Below, piece by piece: positions 1 to 13,990 of a DNA stretch of 64,000 bases. The stretch is from Octopus sinensis (taxonomy: Eukaryota). Location: assembly GCF_006345805.1 (NCBI RefSeq), contig NC_043004.1:16988001-17052000 (forward strand), in the 5' to 3' direction. Position numbers and translations under genes: made by a program. The notes under the pieces were generated by a model. The model saw only the letters and a program-made list of their open reading frames with translations. It had not been told where the DNA came from and did not search any database. Each line of letters starts with the position of its first letter. Position 1 is the first letter of the stretch.

Positions 1-365
1 ACCAACTTTGATCTGTATACATATTTTAATTCACAATTACATCACTACATATTTATCCCCACTAAATTAGTTTTCGAATTTTTGTGTATATATACATTTC
101 CTCAGCCCATCGAAAGCTGAACAGTTATTTCCCCTGCCCACAATAATAACGATAACCAATTACCTCCCCTGAGATTTTTCTACTTGTTGAATCATTCACT
201 TATAAATTTCATGCACAACATGGACCAAAACATTTGTTAAGAGCATACGTATTTAAATAAATGTTAATGTCATGAATAGACAAAGTGAAACCGGTCGACA
301 AACACAATACAAGATATATTAAAAATGATATTATTAAAACGATGTAAACTGTGTGCATTTTTCTT

Positions 366-369
<4 letters not shown>

Positions 370-434
<65 letters not shown>

Positions 435-525
435 TATATATATACATACATACTTATATACATACATACATATATATACATATATATGTGTGTGTGTGTC
501 CATATATACGCCTATAACTTCTGTT

Positions 526-597
<72 letters not shown>
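370..597. repeat. (TA)n/(TG)n compound microsatellite, representative of dozens in the window (e.g. 8200-8610, 12810-12910, 30970-31210, 35790-36460, 42020-42225, 57300-57450)
   Basis: Dinucleotide runs read directly; they explain the [12 protein letters not shown] ORFs. Confidence 0.99.
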
Positions 598-600
<3 letters not shown>

Positions 601-1212
601 ACAGGTTATAGTCGTAGCATTTTGCCTTTAAATCAACGACACAAAATATATTACATATGGAATGTTTTAACTTAACTATGAATGGTAATATACCACGTCA
701 GAAATTGTAGCATACAAATGTATATTTGGACACATGCCTAAATTATTATCTTTCTTTGGGTCATTGGTATTTCCCATAATTCTTATTTCGAAATAGCTAT
801 TATATCAAAATACATTAAGCGAAAACCCATAAGTCGTTGCTAGGTATTTTCTTGAACAATACATAATTAGTAATTATTTTCTCTACTACCGTAAATAATA
901 CGAACTGGCTGATTTCCAATGAACATAATACATCGATACACAGAATTCTGAAAAAAATTCAGTCTGCTCTTAGTTTTCTAGTTTTAAATTCATTGTGAAA
1001 GACAGCTAAATCCAACAACACAATTCTCACATTAACGTTAATATCTGTATTAATAATGAACAGTCATGAATATTTAAGGAACATCAAGTCTTGCGAAGTG
1101 GTTTGAATTAGTTGGTGCCATATTGTGTCCCATATGTCTGGCGTAAATGGACATTCATACGCAAATACAGATATCTTAATACGATTTGTACTATCTCTTG
1201 TATTTAATCTGT

Positions 1213-1625
1213 TACTTGTTTCAGTTATTGGATAGCGGCCATGCTGGGGTACCACTTTGAAGAGTCATTTTAGTCGATCACATCGACCACAGTGCTTATT
1301 TATGCCTCGCACATAATTTATAGACCTCTTTGGCCGAACCGCTAAGTTTCTGAGATGTAAACAACCAACACTGGATGTCAAGCTGTGTGGAGGACACAAA
1401 CACAAACACAAAGTCACACATGCACATACACACACATATACACACGCGCGCACGCACGCACACATACCGTATACACACGAGGGATTTCCTGTCTGCCAAA
1501 TTCATTCACAAGGCATTGGTCGACCCGTGACAAGGAGAAGAACTTGGCCCAAGCTGCCACGCATTAAAACTGAACCTGAAACCACATTGTTGCAACGCTA
1601 GTTTCTTAACCACATCCTCATACCT
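1213..1625 (-). mobile_element. SINE family A (tRNA-derived, CORE-like; octopus OR-type), diverged copy
   Basis: Colinear with other copies: ttacttgtttcagt..gcggccatgctgg..ccgaaccgctaag..ccaaattcattcacaaggc..aaccaca. Confidence 0.8.
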
Positions 1626-1688
1626 ACGTCAATAGATGAAGGTCTCTTGAATGAACTTGTAAATGGCTTTCAGAAATATTACAAAAAG

Positions 1689-2205
1689 TAGGAGTGGTTG
1701 TGTGGTAAGTAGCTTGCTTACGAACCACGTGGTTCTGGGTTCACCTTGGGTAAGTGTCTTCTACTATAGCCTCGGGCCGACCAAAGCATTGTGAGTGGAT
1801 TTGGCAAACTGAAACTGAAAGAAGCCCGTCGTATATATGAATATATAAATGTGTGTGTGTGTGTATATGTGTTTTGTCGATGCCCCCAGACGATGAAGTA
1901 GTCTAGCCCAATACGTAGATATAGAGGGAGAAGACTAGAGCTTAAGCAATCGGAGTAGGAGCAGAGAGTAGTAGTAGAGGTCATCGGAACGTGCGACATA
2001 ACAATATGTTTGTGTGCCTGTGTTTGTCCCCCCAACATCGCTTGACAACCGATAGTGGTGTGCTTACGTCTCCGTAACCTAGCGGTTCAGCAAAAGAGAC
2101 CGATAGAATAAGTACTAGGCTTCCAACGAATAAGTCATGGGGGACGATTTGCTCGGCTAAAGGCGGTGCTCCAGCATGGCCGCAGTCAAATGACTGAAAC
2201 AAGTA
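1689..2205 (+). mobile_element. SINE family A, full length, interrupted by a 134-bp insert
   Basis: tRNA-like head taggagtggttgtgtggtaagtagcttgcttacgaaccac..ggttc, CORE-like ccttgggtaagtgtcttc, internal (TA)/(TG) tract, 3' part ending tgactgaaacaagtaaaaga. Confidence 0.9.
1870..2003. mobile_element. 134-bp solo-LTR-like element (TG...CA) with 5-bp TSD
   Basis: Starts tgttttgtcg and ends cgacataaca (9/10 inverted match); flanked by atatg at 1865-1869 and 2004-2008; absent from other family A copies. Confidence 0.7.
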
Positions 2206-2531
2206 AAAGAGTAAAAGAGTTATGCAAGAGTAGACTTTTCTATTTATTTTACTCTGTAAAGCGGTTCGGCAAAAGAGACCGATAGAAAAAGTACCAGGCT
2301 TTAAATAATAAGGACTGGTGTCGATTCATTGGATTAAAATTCCTCAAGGAATGGCCACAGTTCCATGACTGAAAAGAAGTAAGAGCTAGAAATTCAACTA
2401 ACGACCGTGTATCTCAGAAGATCCAGGTTTCGTATTTTACGAGTTAGCTTTCAGAAAACGTACCAATTCCTCTAATCAGTGTCATTAATTCATAGACAGT
2501 TAAGGAATTATTTGTTACGGCACTTATATAA

Positions 2532-2621
2532 TTTTGAAATCAAGTTGAAAATAATAGTAAAATCCGTCGTAACACTTATATGAACACGGTTTTTACTATT
2601 ATTTTCAACTTGATTTCAAAA
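2532..2621. repeat. Inverted repeat / hairpin, 36-bp arms
   Basis: ttttgaaatcaagttgaaaataatagtaaaatccgt pairs with acggtttttactattattttcaacttgatttcaaaa (1 mismatch, 18-nt loop). Confidence 0.9.
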
Positions 2622-2644
2622 CATTGGTTACTCTTTTACTCTTT

Positions 2645-2832
2645 TAATTGTTTCAGTCATGTGACTGTAGCCATGCTGGTGGAGCACCGCCTTTAGTCGA
2701 GCAAATCGACCCCAGACCTTTTTCTATCGGTCTCTTTTGCCGATCCGCTAAGTTATGGGGACGTAAACACACCGGCATCGGTTGTCAAGCGATATTGGGG
2801 GATAAACACAGACACACCAACATACACACACG

Positions 2833-2888
<56 letters not shown>

Positions 2889-3060
2889 TATATACAACGG
2901 GCTTCTTTCAGTTTCCGTCTACCAAATCCACTCACAAGTGTTTGGTCGGCCCGAGGCTATAGTAGAAGCCACTTGCCCCAGGTGCCACGCAGTGGGACTG
3001 AACCCGGAACCATTTGGTTCGTAAGCAAGCTACTTATGACACAGCCACTCCTACGCCTAT
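2645..3060 (-). mobile_element. SINE family A, full length
   Basis: Reverse complement of the 1689-2205 pattern; head at cacagccactcctacgccta. Confidence 0.9.
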
Positions 3061-3069
3061 GGATGGAAA

Positions 3070-3162
3070 GACGTTTACAGCACCTAGGTTTTCCAAGCGG
3101 TTACCCATCTAAGTACTAACTAGGCTCGACTTTTCTTAACTTCGGTGATCGGACGAGAACCG
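3070..3162 (-). pseudogene. 5S rRNA pseudogene, 5'-truncated
   Basis: Minus strand cggttctcgtccgatcaccgaagttaag..gtcgagcctagttagtacttagatgggtaaccgcttggaaaacctaggtgctgtaaac matches metazoan 5S rRNA from about nt 29 to the 3' end, with several substitutions. Confidence 0.88.
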
Positions 3163-3994
3163 AAGCGTAATTTTCAAAGTTCCATTTTGTCTGTATTAGT
3201 GCATAGGAAAACATTATTTCAGTGTGGCATTTAGTAAGGATAATACCAAGAGAGTTAATCACACCTTAAGAATGGTTAGAGCAGAATATAAGTGGCATTT
3301 ATCAACCACCATATTGTTTGCTAGTAATAAGCATTGCAGTACAATAACTTTTGGTATGTAAGATTCATTACGTTTCTCTGGAAATATTCTAAAACTTCTC
3401 ACGTTGATGAACCTCGTAAATTAGTTTATCTTTAACAAATGTTTTAATAATATGGAACAACTGGGATGAGGATACTCAAACTGTGTGCTTCATTTCTAGC
3501 AATTAATTCTCCAGAGTCATCAATTATAATTAGTGACATTCGTGTCTTGGAGGATCCGAATTCTTCCTGCTACACTACTAATTATCATTGATAACAATTG
3601 AACGCTTGGCAATTTTGGTCAGTAAATCAAATCACTCAGAAAAATACATAAATTGGTTGTTCACATTTGATATTTTTAGATTGGTACTTTGTTTACAGAT
3701 TCTGTCTTCCATTCGAATTGATTGCCAAAATAAAAGTTTCATCCCCAACAGATGCCATCAAAATGTTGCCAAACGTTTAGAGCCACAGAGAACCACATAG
3801 CTACACAAAAACACATACACACGTACGCACACACGCGCTCTCTCGCGCACGCATATATACACATTGTTGAGATCATAACAAGTTTATAAACCTCGAGAGA
3901 ACGTGAAATAATTTGCCCATCTCCCAAGAGACAGTATAGCTGAAATCCAAACTATAGAAAAATAGGAAGCCGCAGATAAGCTTTAGTATATTTT

Positions 3995-4319
3995 TATTTA
4001 TTTATTTATTTATGCGCCCTTTTCATGCCTAGCCAGGCTCTTGGGCCCGGTTTGCCGGTTTCTGTGGTGTATGTGTTCCCCTCCCCAGCTGAAAGGGGCG
4101 CCAGTCAATCGCAGCGTTACTCAAGAAACAAGAAGAAAGAGTGAGAGAAAGTGGGGGCGAAAGAGTACAACAGGGGTCGCTACCACCCCCTGTCGGAGCC
4201 TCGTGGAGCTTTAGGTGTTTTCGCTCAATAAACACAGACAACGCCCGGTCTGGGAATCGAAACCGCGATCCTCTGACCGCGAGTCCGCTGCCCTAACCAC
4301 TGGGCCATTGCGCCTCCAC
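3995..4319 (-). mobile_element. SINE family C (tRNA-derived, V-domain-like centre) with (TAAA)n tail
   Basis: Minus strand gtggaggcgcaatggcccagtggttagggcagcgg..ggtttcgattccc (Pol III A/B boxes), then gctgcgattgactggcgcccc..gaaaccgg; other copies at 19150-19398 and 34397-34480. Confidence 0.85.
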
Positions 4320-5184
4320 CTTTAGTAGATTTAAATGATGTAATTGAAATCCTTATCATGCAAAATAATGTGGTTGCTTCATGATATATTATCTGAGTAC
4401 ATAGCTGATATATCGAAAGATCTTAAGACAGCATATGACTGCAACTTTAACAAATGAACCTTTCCCATCCACGAAATCATATATTGCGTATTGTAGAAAG
4501 CATATTAGAGATACTGTTGTACATCATACAGAATGGTTGGAAGTCTTCAAAATCACGAAGGAACACTATTGTTCTCAAATAATTCTTATACGTAAACACA
4601 CTAATCTTTCTATTATATAACTATCTTCATACAAGGAAATCAATGAATTCCCATGACACGGGTTTATTGATACAAATAGAAACATCAATTGCGATGTATA
4701 GAGTATTAAAGACGTTAATATGAAAATGAAAATAAAATCTCCGTTGGAAGCCGATTAATTTTCTTTCGACTTTTTAAAAGAAATTTTGTTTACTGTTGTC
4801 AAAATTTCTAAAAATTGTGCACTAACAACGCTTTCTTGATTCAAGATATATACCATTTCTGAAGCCATCAAGACACTCGTCATATCAGTCAACATGCCGC
4901 TCAAAGAACAATACAGATTGGCCTCTCTCGGTTAAAACTGTATATCAATTGATAAGTAAACTCACTAATGATTATCAAATATTTCAAGGAGAAACAAACA
5001 AGCAAAAAACAAGAATTGCCATTAACGCTTTCCTTCTCACTACAGGTATATTTTCATCTGTTTAAAACATAATCTCGACTTACTAAATCCGGTATATTAG
5101 CCCATTCTAAATGTATCACAGACTGGCAAAGTTTATATAACATTATGATTTTACTGTGTCTATATCTTGTATGATTTATCTTGT

Positions 5185-5532
5185 ATCTTTTACTTGTTTC
5201 AGTCATTGGACGGCAACCATGTTGGGGCAATGCCTTAAAGGGTTTAGTCGACAAGATTGACACCAGATTTTCTTTAATCTGGCACTTATTCTGTCGGCCT
5301 TTTACACCGAACCTCCAAGTTACGGAGACACGAACGGTGAAACACAAGAACACTTATACATGTATAGAGGACGGGATTTCAAAAGATTTCCGTCTACCAA
5401 ATTCATTCACAAGGCATTTGTAGGAACTGGGCTCCAATAGCATATATTTGCCCAACGGGTTGCACTGTGACTGAACCCGATGCTGAATGGTTGCAAAGCA
5501 AGCTTTTTAATCACTCAGTCATGTCTGCGCCT
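5185..5532 (-). mobile_element. SINE family A, diverged
   Basis: ttacttgtttcagtcattg..ttccgtctaccaaattcattcacaaggc..gactgaaccc. Confidence 0.8.
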
Positions 5533-5747
5533 GCGCAGTCATGCCTGGGAAAGAGTTTGAATACAGAATATACCTACAACAAAATATTAGGAAAAGGAAA
5601 ATGTTATCAGCACTTTCACCAAAATTTGCTTTAATTTGACCTCACTGCTTTCAGCCCTCCTGTGTGACAAGGTGGTGCTATTGTGGTTATGTAACGGAGG
5701 TTTGATCTTGATCGCTCCAGCTTTCTTCCTTGCGACACAGAGTAAAC

Positions 5748-6795
5748 ATGGCCGCTACGCTGGCAGTGCGTACCAAGGAAGAATAGAGATCGGTGGTCCT
5801 ATTTCTGTGGTCTGAAGGTGTATCGGGGGTTGAAATTCATCGCAGGCTTTCAATACAATATGGGGAAAGCGCTCTACCACTTAGAAGTGTGTATGAGTGA
5901 ATCTACAATTTTAAAACAGTCGGACATGTATGAAGCACGAAAAGGGGACGAGATACCCAACAACCTCCACCGATGACGTGAAGATTCAACAACCTCAATA
6001 GATGATTCCGGCGAACCGACGACTAACCATCGATGAAATGGCATATTCTCTGCAAATTAGTCATGGTTTTGCACACGAAATCATTCACGTCAGTCTTTGC
6101 TTCGTGATATGGTTGCTTAAAAGAGCTTACCGAAGCGCATAAGCACAATCATGTGGAGATCTGTCTACAATTACTCGACAACTGCAGTGATGAAACCGAT
6201 GCCTTTGTGGAGAGAATAGTCACGTGAGATGAGATCTGCGTTCGTTACTTTGAGCCAAAATCCAAATGGTAGAATGTGGAGTGGAAACACCGGAATCTCC
6301 AGCAGAAAAGAAATTTAAGACAACTTCCTGCAGGAATAAGCGATGCTAGCCCTCTCGGGGGACGCTAAAGGGTCTATACTGGAACATTATCTGAAAAAGA
6401 GATCTACAGTCACCTGTGTAGACTACAGTGAAATGCTGGTTAACAAACTGAAACCAACAATTTTCACCAAATGTCGAGGTCTACTATCAAGTATTATTGT
6501 TGCACGACAATAGACACCCTCACACAGTCATCCACACACTTTTAAAATTGAGTTTCGTGTTGCTGGAACATTCTGTATACAGTCCATATCTTGTCTCTTC
6601 AGACTATCGCCTCTCCGGGACACTCAAACATGCTTTACAGACGAAGAAAACCTCCGATGGAATAAGCAAACTTGTGGACCACTGGAAGAAGTGCATCGAA
6701 AAGCAAGGAGACTATGTCGAAAAACGGTATAATTGTTCAACCCACTGCTTTTATTTTAATACATTACAGAAACAAGAGTGCGAATAATTTTCATA
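5748..6795 (+). mobile_element. Degenerate mariner (Tc1/mariner) transposase pseudogene
   Basis: Across stops and frameshifts: MAATLAVRTKEE*RSVVLFLWSEGVSGVEIHRRL (HTH), RIVT*DE (first D), LLHDNRHPH (second D), EHSVYSPYLVSSDY (YSPDLAPSD motif), KLVDHWKKCIEKQGDYVEK terminus. Confidence 0.88.
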
Positions 6796-8194
6796 AGAGA
6801 TATAACACAACTAAACGCTGCTGTCTTCCGTACCAGTTATACCTTGCAGTAGTTACATATCTGGGAAAGAATTCACTCATTTCAGACAATACTCTAGAAA
6901 CCAACAATAAATTTTATTTCACAAAACATCACTTAAACACTGCAACTATCAACCCAACGTTGAGCCGTAGTCTCTCTCTCTATCGTTTCGACTGATAGTA
7001 TATCTGTCTTCACTTTCTCAATAAAACATCAGTGTATTAATTCTCCACCTAATTTAACTCAACACACCTATCTCTCTAGTTGCCAATTTCTATTACATCT
7101 CAGTAACAAAGTCTGCACTAAACTATTGCTGAAATGGTTCTACATTACATTGAACCTCTCACTAGAACACATTTCAATAAATTTCTACTACTCAACTCTA
7201 CTTTAATTGTTTAACCTGAGGAGCTAAAATAATAGTTTTCGTAATGTTTTCAAAAGAGGAAATAGGAAAGCACGCTTTTTTGTTGCAGGAATAGAAAGTG
7301 TATTAAGATATCAGAAAATATTTAAAGAGGAGAATGTTTACAACAACGTTGACTCTACTAAGAGTAATTAGTAGCTAGGAGGTGGTGTTAAACTATGAAG
7401 TCTACCACTAAACTACAATGCACTTTGCCTATAAGAATTTGAATAGAAAATTCCGCTTTACTTCGGCCTATTACCCTATATTTGGTGCTCAAGAAAACCA
7501 GAAAAGATATGAGCACCACCCTTTCATCTCGGACTGAGAAAACATACATACATATATACACACATATATTTTTTTTAAACGGATGATATTGGTGGATGTA
7601 GAAAATGAAAGTTATATTTGGTAAAACTTACGTTGTGCAAAGCAGGAAGAAGAGAGAAAGGTAAGGAGAACTATCATAAAACTGAACTTCATGTTGTAAT
7701 GAATACTGATCTGAAAATAAAGAATTAAGAGATTGTAAGATTGGAATTTAAATCGTAGAGGAAATATAATACATCACATTATAAATATCTCTAGTTGCAA
7801 AACCCAATAGATATGTATCTAGATACAAACATTATACGACCTTTTACTTTTCTTTCCTTTCAAATATCTTGATAACAAAACTTCTAAATAGCTTCTTTTA
7901 AAACACTTTTACGAAGTTACATTGTGATTGGAAATTCAATAAATACATGTAATGAAAATGTTAGAAAGCTTGCTTCATTGAAATCATGATTTCTACGAAT
8001 TTTAATGGAGCCACGCTTTCTTTAAGTTTCTGTTAGTTTTGAAAATATAAACAAATGCTAAATATTGATTTATTTTGATTATGTAACAAGTCAATTTGGT
8101 TTAAAAAGATCTAACACAATAGCACAATGAAATAGTAGTATGTAGCAACATTTAAGATCATTATTCATATCAAATACACCCATACACATGTGTG

Positions 8195-8281
<87 letters not shown>

Positions 8282-8307
8282 CAGACATACATATATATGT
8301 ATGTATA

Positions 8308-8361
<54 letters not shown>

Positions 8362-8537
8362 TAATATATATATATATATATATATATACATAAACATATA
8401 TATATGTATATATATATGCACATATATACATATATATATACATAAATACATATATACACATATACATATATACGTATATATACATATATATATACACATA
8501 TATATACATATATACATACATACACACACATAAACAT

Positions 8538-8602
<65 letters not shown>

Positions 8603-9085
8603 TATATATATACTCATATTGATCTTCTTGAACTATTGTCTTCGATGGACTAGATGCGAATGATCTTCGGTAATTGATGCATGGCTCCCCCAAGAGAGCT
8701 ATTACACTCACTTTTTGAGTCGGAGCTCTATCATAATTTTAGATAAGGATGTATGGTGATATTATGTGACTGTACTGTGGTATCAGATAAAACCCGTACG
8801 TCAGGCTAAAATACATTATGAAAATTTGTAAATACATTCTCGAGTACAAGTGAGTGTAGTGAATACGATGAGTAGATCGAAGATATACGTTGTTAATGTG
8901 TGTGGGGGGGGATTAATATTACTACGTTTTCATTATTTGAAGGACATTTTAATCATATCTATGGGGAGAAGATTCATCAAGTAGAAACTATTGGAATGAA
9001 TGGGTTTTTTTTTTCAAGTGCTCAATGATCTAATTAGTATGAAACTTAAACTTATAATAATTCATGTGAATATAGATACAGATAG

Positions 9086-9156
<71 letters not shown>

Positions 9157-9165
9157 TAGATAGAT

Positions 9166-9219
<54 letters not shown>

Positions 9220-9363
9220 GAGAGACGAAGACAGGCAGACAGACAGAAAGATAGATAGACAGAAGACAGACGGACAGACTTATAGATAGATACATTCAGA
9301 CAAGCATACAAGCGGACGGACGGATGGACAGACAGGCAGACAGATAACTAGATAGATAGATAG

Positions 9364-10477
9364 ATCATCATCATCATTGTTCGACCGTGGTCGAGACAAT
9401 GGAATTTACCATGCTACGCCAGACTTCACGGTCCATCATGGCATTACAGAGGTCCTGTTGCTGGATGCCTGTATCCCTGGAGATTACATCACGGTAGGAG
9501 AGTGTGCGCCCTCTGGTATTGCGAGTAGATGGCTTCCAGAGGAGAAGAGTAGAAATTACCTCTTTTTCAGCTCTACAACAATGTGGACTCTCAACAAACT
9601 GGACTCTCCTACCTTTCACAAGAGATGACACAAGTGGTAGTTTCCCATATATTTGCATTTTGGTTGGATGGCGCTTCCACGAGAGATTTTGAGCTCTCAT
9701 AAGGAGGCGAGTGTAGGTTCCATCCAACCGCCTCTCAAGCTTCTTTGATAACGTCCAGGTTTCTGAGCCATATAATAGAATTGGTTCGACTGTGGCTTTG
9801 AAGATTTCAAGTTTGAAGTCTCTACTTAGATTTCATGACCAGATCTTATGCATGCCATTACAGGCTGACCAGGCCATACCCTTTCTAGTTAGAAAATATT
9901 TTCCAGATGATGATATGTATGACCCAAGATATTTGTAATCAGAAACCATATTTAACGGCGCATTGTTGAGAGTATGGATGATGCAATCACTGTTGGACAG
10001 GCCCTTGTTTATATATTCAGTCTTGGCCTCATTGAGGTAAAGACCTACACAATTTGAGGCTTGTTCGAGAGATTTTAAAAGAGACTGGGCATTGGAGAGA
10101 GAATCACTGATAAGAGCGATGTCGTCAGCAAAGGCAGTGTCTGTCAAGTATTCAGCTGGGTGTCTGGAACTTCTTCTTGGTTTTATTTTAAAGCCCTTGC
10201 CAGAGATGGTATCAACTGACATACGTAGCACATAGTCAACGACAATGATGAAAAGAAATGTGGCGAGTGTGTCTCCCTGCAGTATTCCGGCTTTGATTGA
10301 GAAAGATTATGCTCCGTCAGGGGTTAAGATGGTTGAAGACGTATCTGTGTAGAGGACCTTGATGGCAGAGATGATTTTGTCTGGTATCCCATAGAGCTTA
10401 AGGATTTCAAACATCTTGTACCTATCTACAGAATCGAACGCTTTAGAAAAGTCTACAAATAACATTGCAAGATCGCG
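9364..10477 (-). mobile_element. 5'-truncated RTE-clade (RTE/RTE-X-like) LINE: RT domain plus C-terminus, (TGA)n tail
   Basis: FVDFSKAFDSV, GILQGDTLATFLF, TAFADDIAL, YKYLGS, DGTYTRLL..DREVWRSMV; stop codon runs into tgatgatgat; (TAGA)n on both sides. Confidence 0.9.
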
Positions 10478-10478
10478 A

Positions 10479-10598
<120 letters not shown>

Positions 10599-10744
10599 AC
10601 ACACGCACACAGGCAGAAAGACAGAGAGAGAGATTGACAGACAGTCAGACCGAGAGGTAGATGGGTATTAAGAGAGGGGTGGGAGGGGAGGGAGGGGGAC
10701 GGACAGACAGATAGACGGATAGATAGATAGACAGACAGACAGAC

Positions 10745-10866
<122 letters not shown>

Positions 10867-11239
10867 GCTGCGCATGGAACTTTTTTTTTAAGTTTGGCAT
10901 CACTATTCGTTGATTTATCTTTGTAATTTCTGGAGCCATATGAAAAGGAAGAAATATTGTGTATTTGTGAACCGTTACTTAAAGTAGACATTAACGTTTC
11001 AAGATAAGTCCTTCATGAGAAAAGAAATCTTCTTTGTATTATTGTTGCCACCGAGGTCGACTTGCCTTTCATTTTGTCGGGGTTGAGAAAGTAAATACCA
11101 ATTGAGCACTGGAGTTGATATATAATCGACTAACCCGTCCAAAGAATTTATGCTGTTTTGGATATCTTTATATCTGTCTGTCTTTCTCTTCCACTCTCTG
11201 TCTCTCTTTTTCTTTTCTTTTCTTTTCTTTTATTTATTT

Positions 11240-11466
11240 CACTCATTTGACTGCGGCCATGCTGGAGCTCCACCTTTAGTCGGGCAAATCGACCCCAGGA
11301 CTTATTGTTTGTAAGCCTAGTACTTATTCTATCGAACTCTCTTGCCGAACTGCTAAGTGACGGGGACGTAAACACACCAGCTTCGGTTGTCAAGCGATGT
11401 TGGGGGGACAAACACAGACACACGAACACATACATACACACACACACACACACAAACACACATATG

Positions 11467-11498
<32 letters not shown>

Positions 11499-11665
11499 TA
11501 TACGACGGGCTTGTTCCAGTTTCCGTCTACCAAATCCACTGACAAGGCTTTGGTCGGCCCGAGGCTATAGTAGAAGACACTTGCCCAAGGTGCCACGCAG
11601 TGGTACTGAACCCGGAACCATGTGATTGGTGAGCAAGCCACTTACCACACAGCCACTCCTGCGCA
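11240..11665 (-). mobile_element. SINE family A, full length
   Basis: catttgactgcggccatgctggagc..ttccgtctaccaaatccac..cttaccacacagccactcctgcgc. Confidence 0.9.
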
Positions 11666-12819
11666 TGTATCTATCAGTGTGTCTGTCTTTCTATCTATCT
11701 ATCTAACTATCCATCTGTCTGTCTTCTGTCTATCTATCTATTATATAACGAGTCTATAAACTTGCAAGTTTCGTTCTGTTTTTGATAAAACACTCAAAAT
11801 TAATTACTAAATATGCTGAGCTCAAAAATCGATCCGATCCAGTTATCACCCTAAGAACATCCAAAGAATTAACTATCAAGACATTCAAATAAAATGTAAC
11901 ATACTGAGGTGATAATCCCCAAATAAGCAAGTTCACAGAATTTTGATTACATTCAAAAGGCTATAACAACTACAACTTTCCATTTATTACTCACGCTAAT
12001 GCTAAACTGTGATGATTCAACCATCATTAGTTTCATACTTATGTTTGTTAATGATGTTTGTCTCAAGTTCAGAAACCGCATACTTATCCGAACGAGAAAT
12101 GCCTTTCTCAAATGATGTAAAATCTACGCTTTTCTATGCAAGGTGATAATCAGTTCTTGTTTAACCCGCGCACTACATTCCAGTTTGTAGATTTTATGAT
12201 TTTTCTTTTCTCTTTAGTTCACAATTTGCTGTGCAACTAATATCCTAGTTGATAATATGATACGAAGAAGCTAACTTTCTGATATACTTTAATTGATTTA
12301 GAAACAAAAATAATTTCACCAGAACTGATAATTATAAGAATATTTGGTAGGTGGTAAGCCTTCCCAATCACTATCCAGATAACAAAGATACCTATCAGAA
12401 AAATTAATGGTTTCTTGGGCATATAGCAAGCAGAAGGCCATATTAAATTACACATGATGGGTTACAGGAGGTTTATTATAATGAAATCTACATTTCTAAG
12501 CAAGCAAATTCCTTGTGGGAATTGTTTCCAAAAGAATTGGTCTTACACTTCTCTGGTCAATAAACTGCAGTAATGATGTACGTAGCGTTCATTACAAGCA
12601 GGGTTATCTTTCTTTTATTTTCTCTCTCTGCTCTTACATCCACTAATTCTAACAGTTTTCATTATGTATACATATGTGTGTATATATGTATATGTTTGTA
12701 TTCTTGTCTATCTACAGATATCTGTCCGTGTATATATGTGCGAGAGTACGCGTAAAATATATACATATGTGTGTGCATGTTAATGTGTGTATTTGTGTGT
12801 ATATATATATATATGCATG

Positions 12820-12912
<93 letters not shown>

Positions 12913-13218
12913 TGCATATTTGTGTGTGAGAGAGAAAGTCAGAGAAAGGGGGAATAACAATAGTTGGACCCTTAAGCTAGAAGTGCATCTTCGTTTAAAG
13001 TTCTCTTTCCAAGAATCAATGCTAAGGTAGGAGGTAGAAATATGTTACTACATTATACACGCATATACACACGCATAGACAGACAGACAAACCGGTAGAC
13101 ACTCATACACACATGGAGACACACACATACATATTCACAGCCATATATATATATATACAGAGAGGGGGGAAATAGACTACTTCCATATCAATAAATTCCA
13201 ATATAAATATAAATAGCT

Positions 13219-13276
<58 letters not shown>

Positions 13277-13301
13277 TATGTATTCACACACACATATTGT
13301 C

Positions 13302-13355
<54 letters not shown>

Positions 13356-13753
13356 CCCGCTTCGTAACCTCTTTCGACACAGAAGGTCTTTTGGAATTCC
13401 AATTTTCTTTATAGAAATCGATGCACCAGCATTTCCACATTTCTCCATGGTTCGAACCAAAGAAACAACTAATAAACTATGTTATTAATTTTCTAGGAGA
13501 AAAGAATTCAAAATTCCCAGAGGATTTTATGGCTCTGAAGGAAATCTTATTTTCTCTATGGAAGCTGAATAATTATTTCATATCATTCTATAAGAATAAT
13601 TGCGAATTGTAGAACTGATAAGTGATGTAGAAATTAAACCTAATTCGTATGCTTCCAGGGCCGAATCTCCTTCTTAATTGTGGAAATGATTTGAGCAAAT
13701 AATCCCCTTTTCAGTTATGTTGCAACCTGTATATGGATGGATAGATAGATAGG

Positions 13754-13829
<76 letters not shown>

Positions 13830-13957
13830 AACCGCCTGCGAACAGAAAAGAATTATGAATATAAAGCGTATTATTATCTAAAATCAATTATGTACATGTG
13901 TATGTGTGTACGTTTGAATAAATTTGTGTACATATGTATCAATACACACATACATGC

Positions 13958-13990
<33 letters not shown>

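Noticed and set aside
4245-4319. tRNA-like sequences (also ~1690-1745, ~19325-19398, ~34397-34470)
   Set aside because: SINE heads continuing into SINE bodies; no proper acceptor stem or terminator
8712-8805. Minus-strand segment with tttag acceptor and gtgagt donor
   Set aside because: All three frames contain stops; no support as a coding exon
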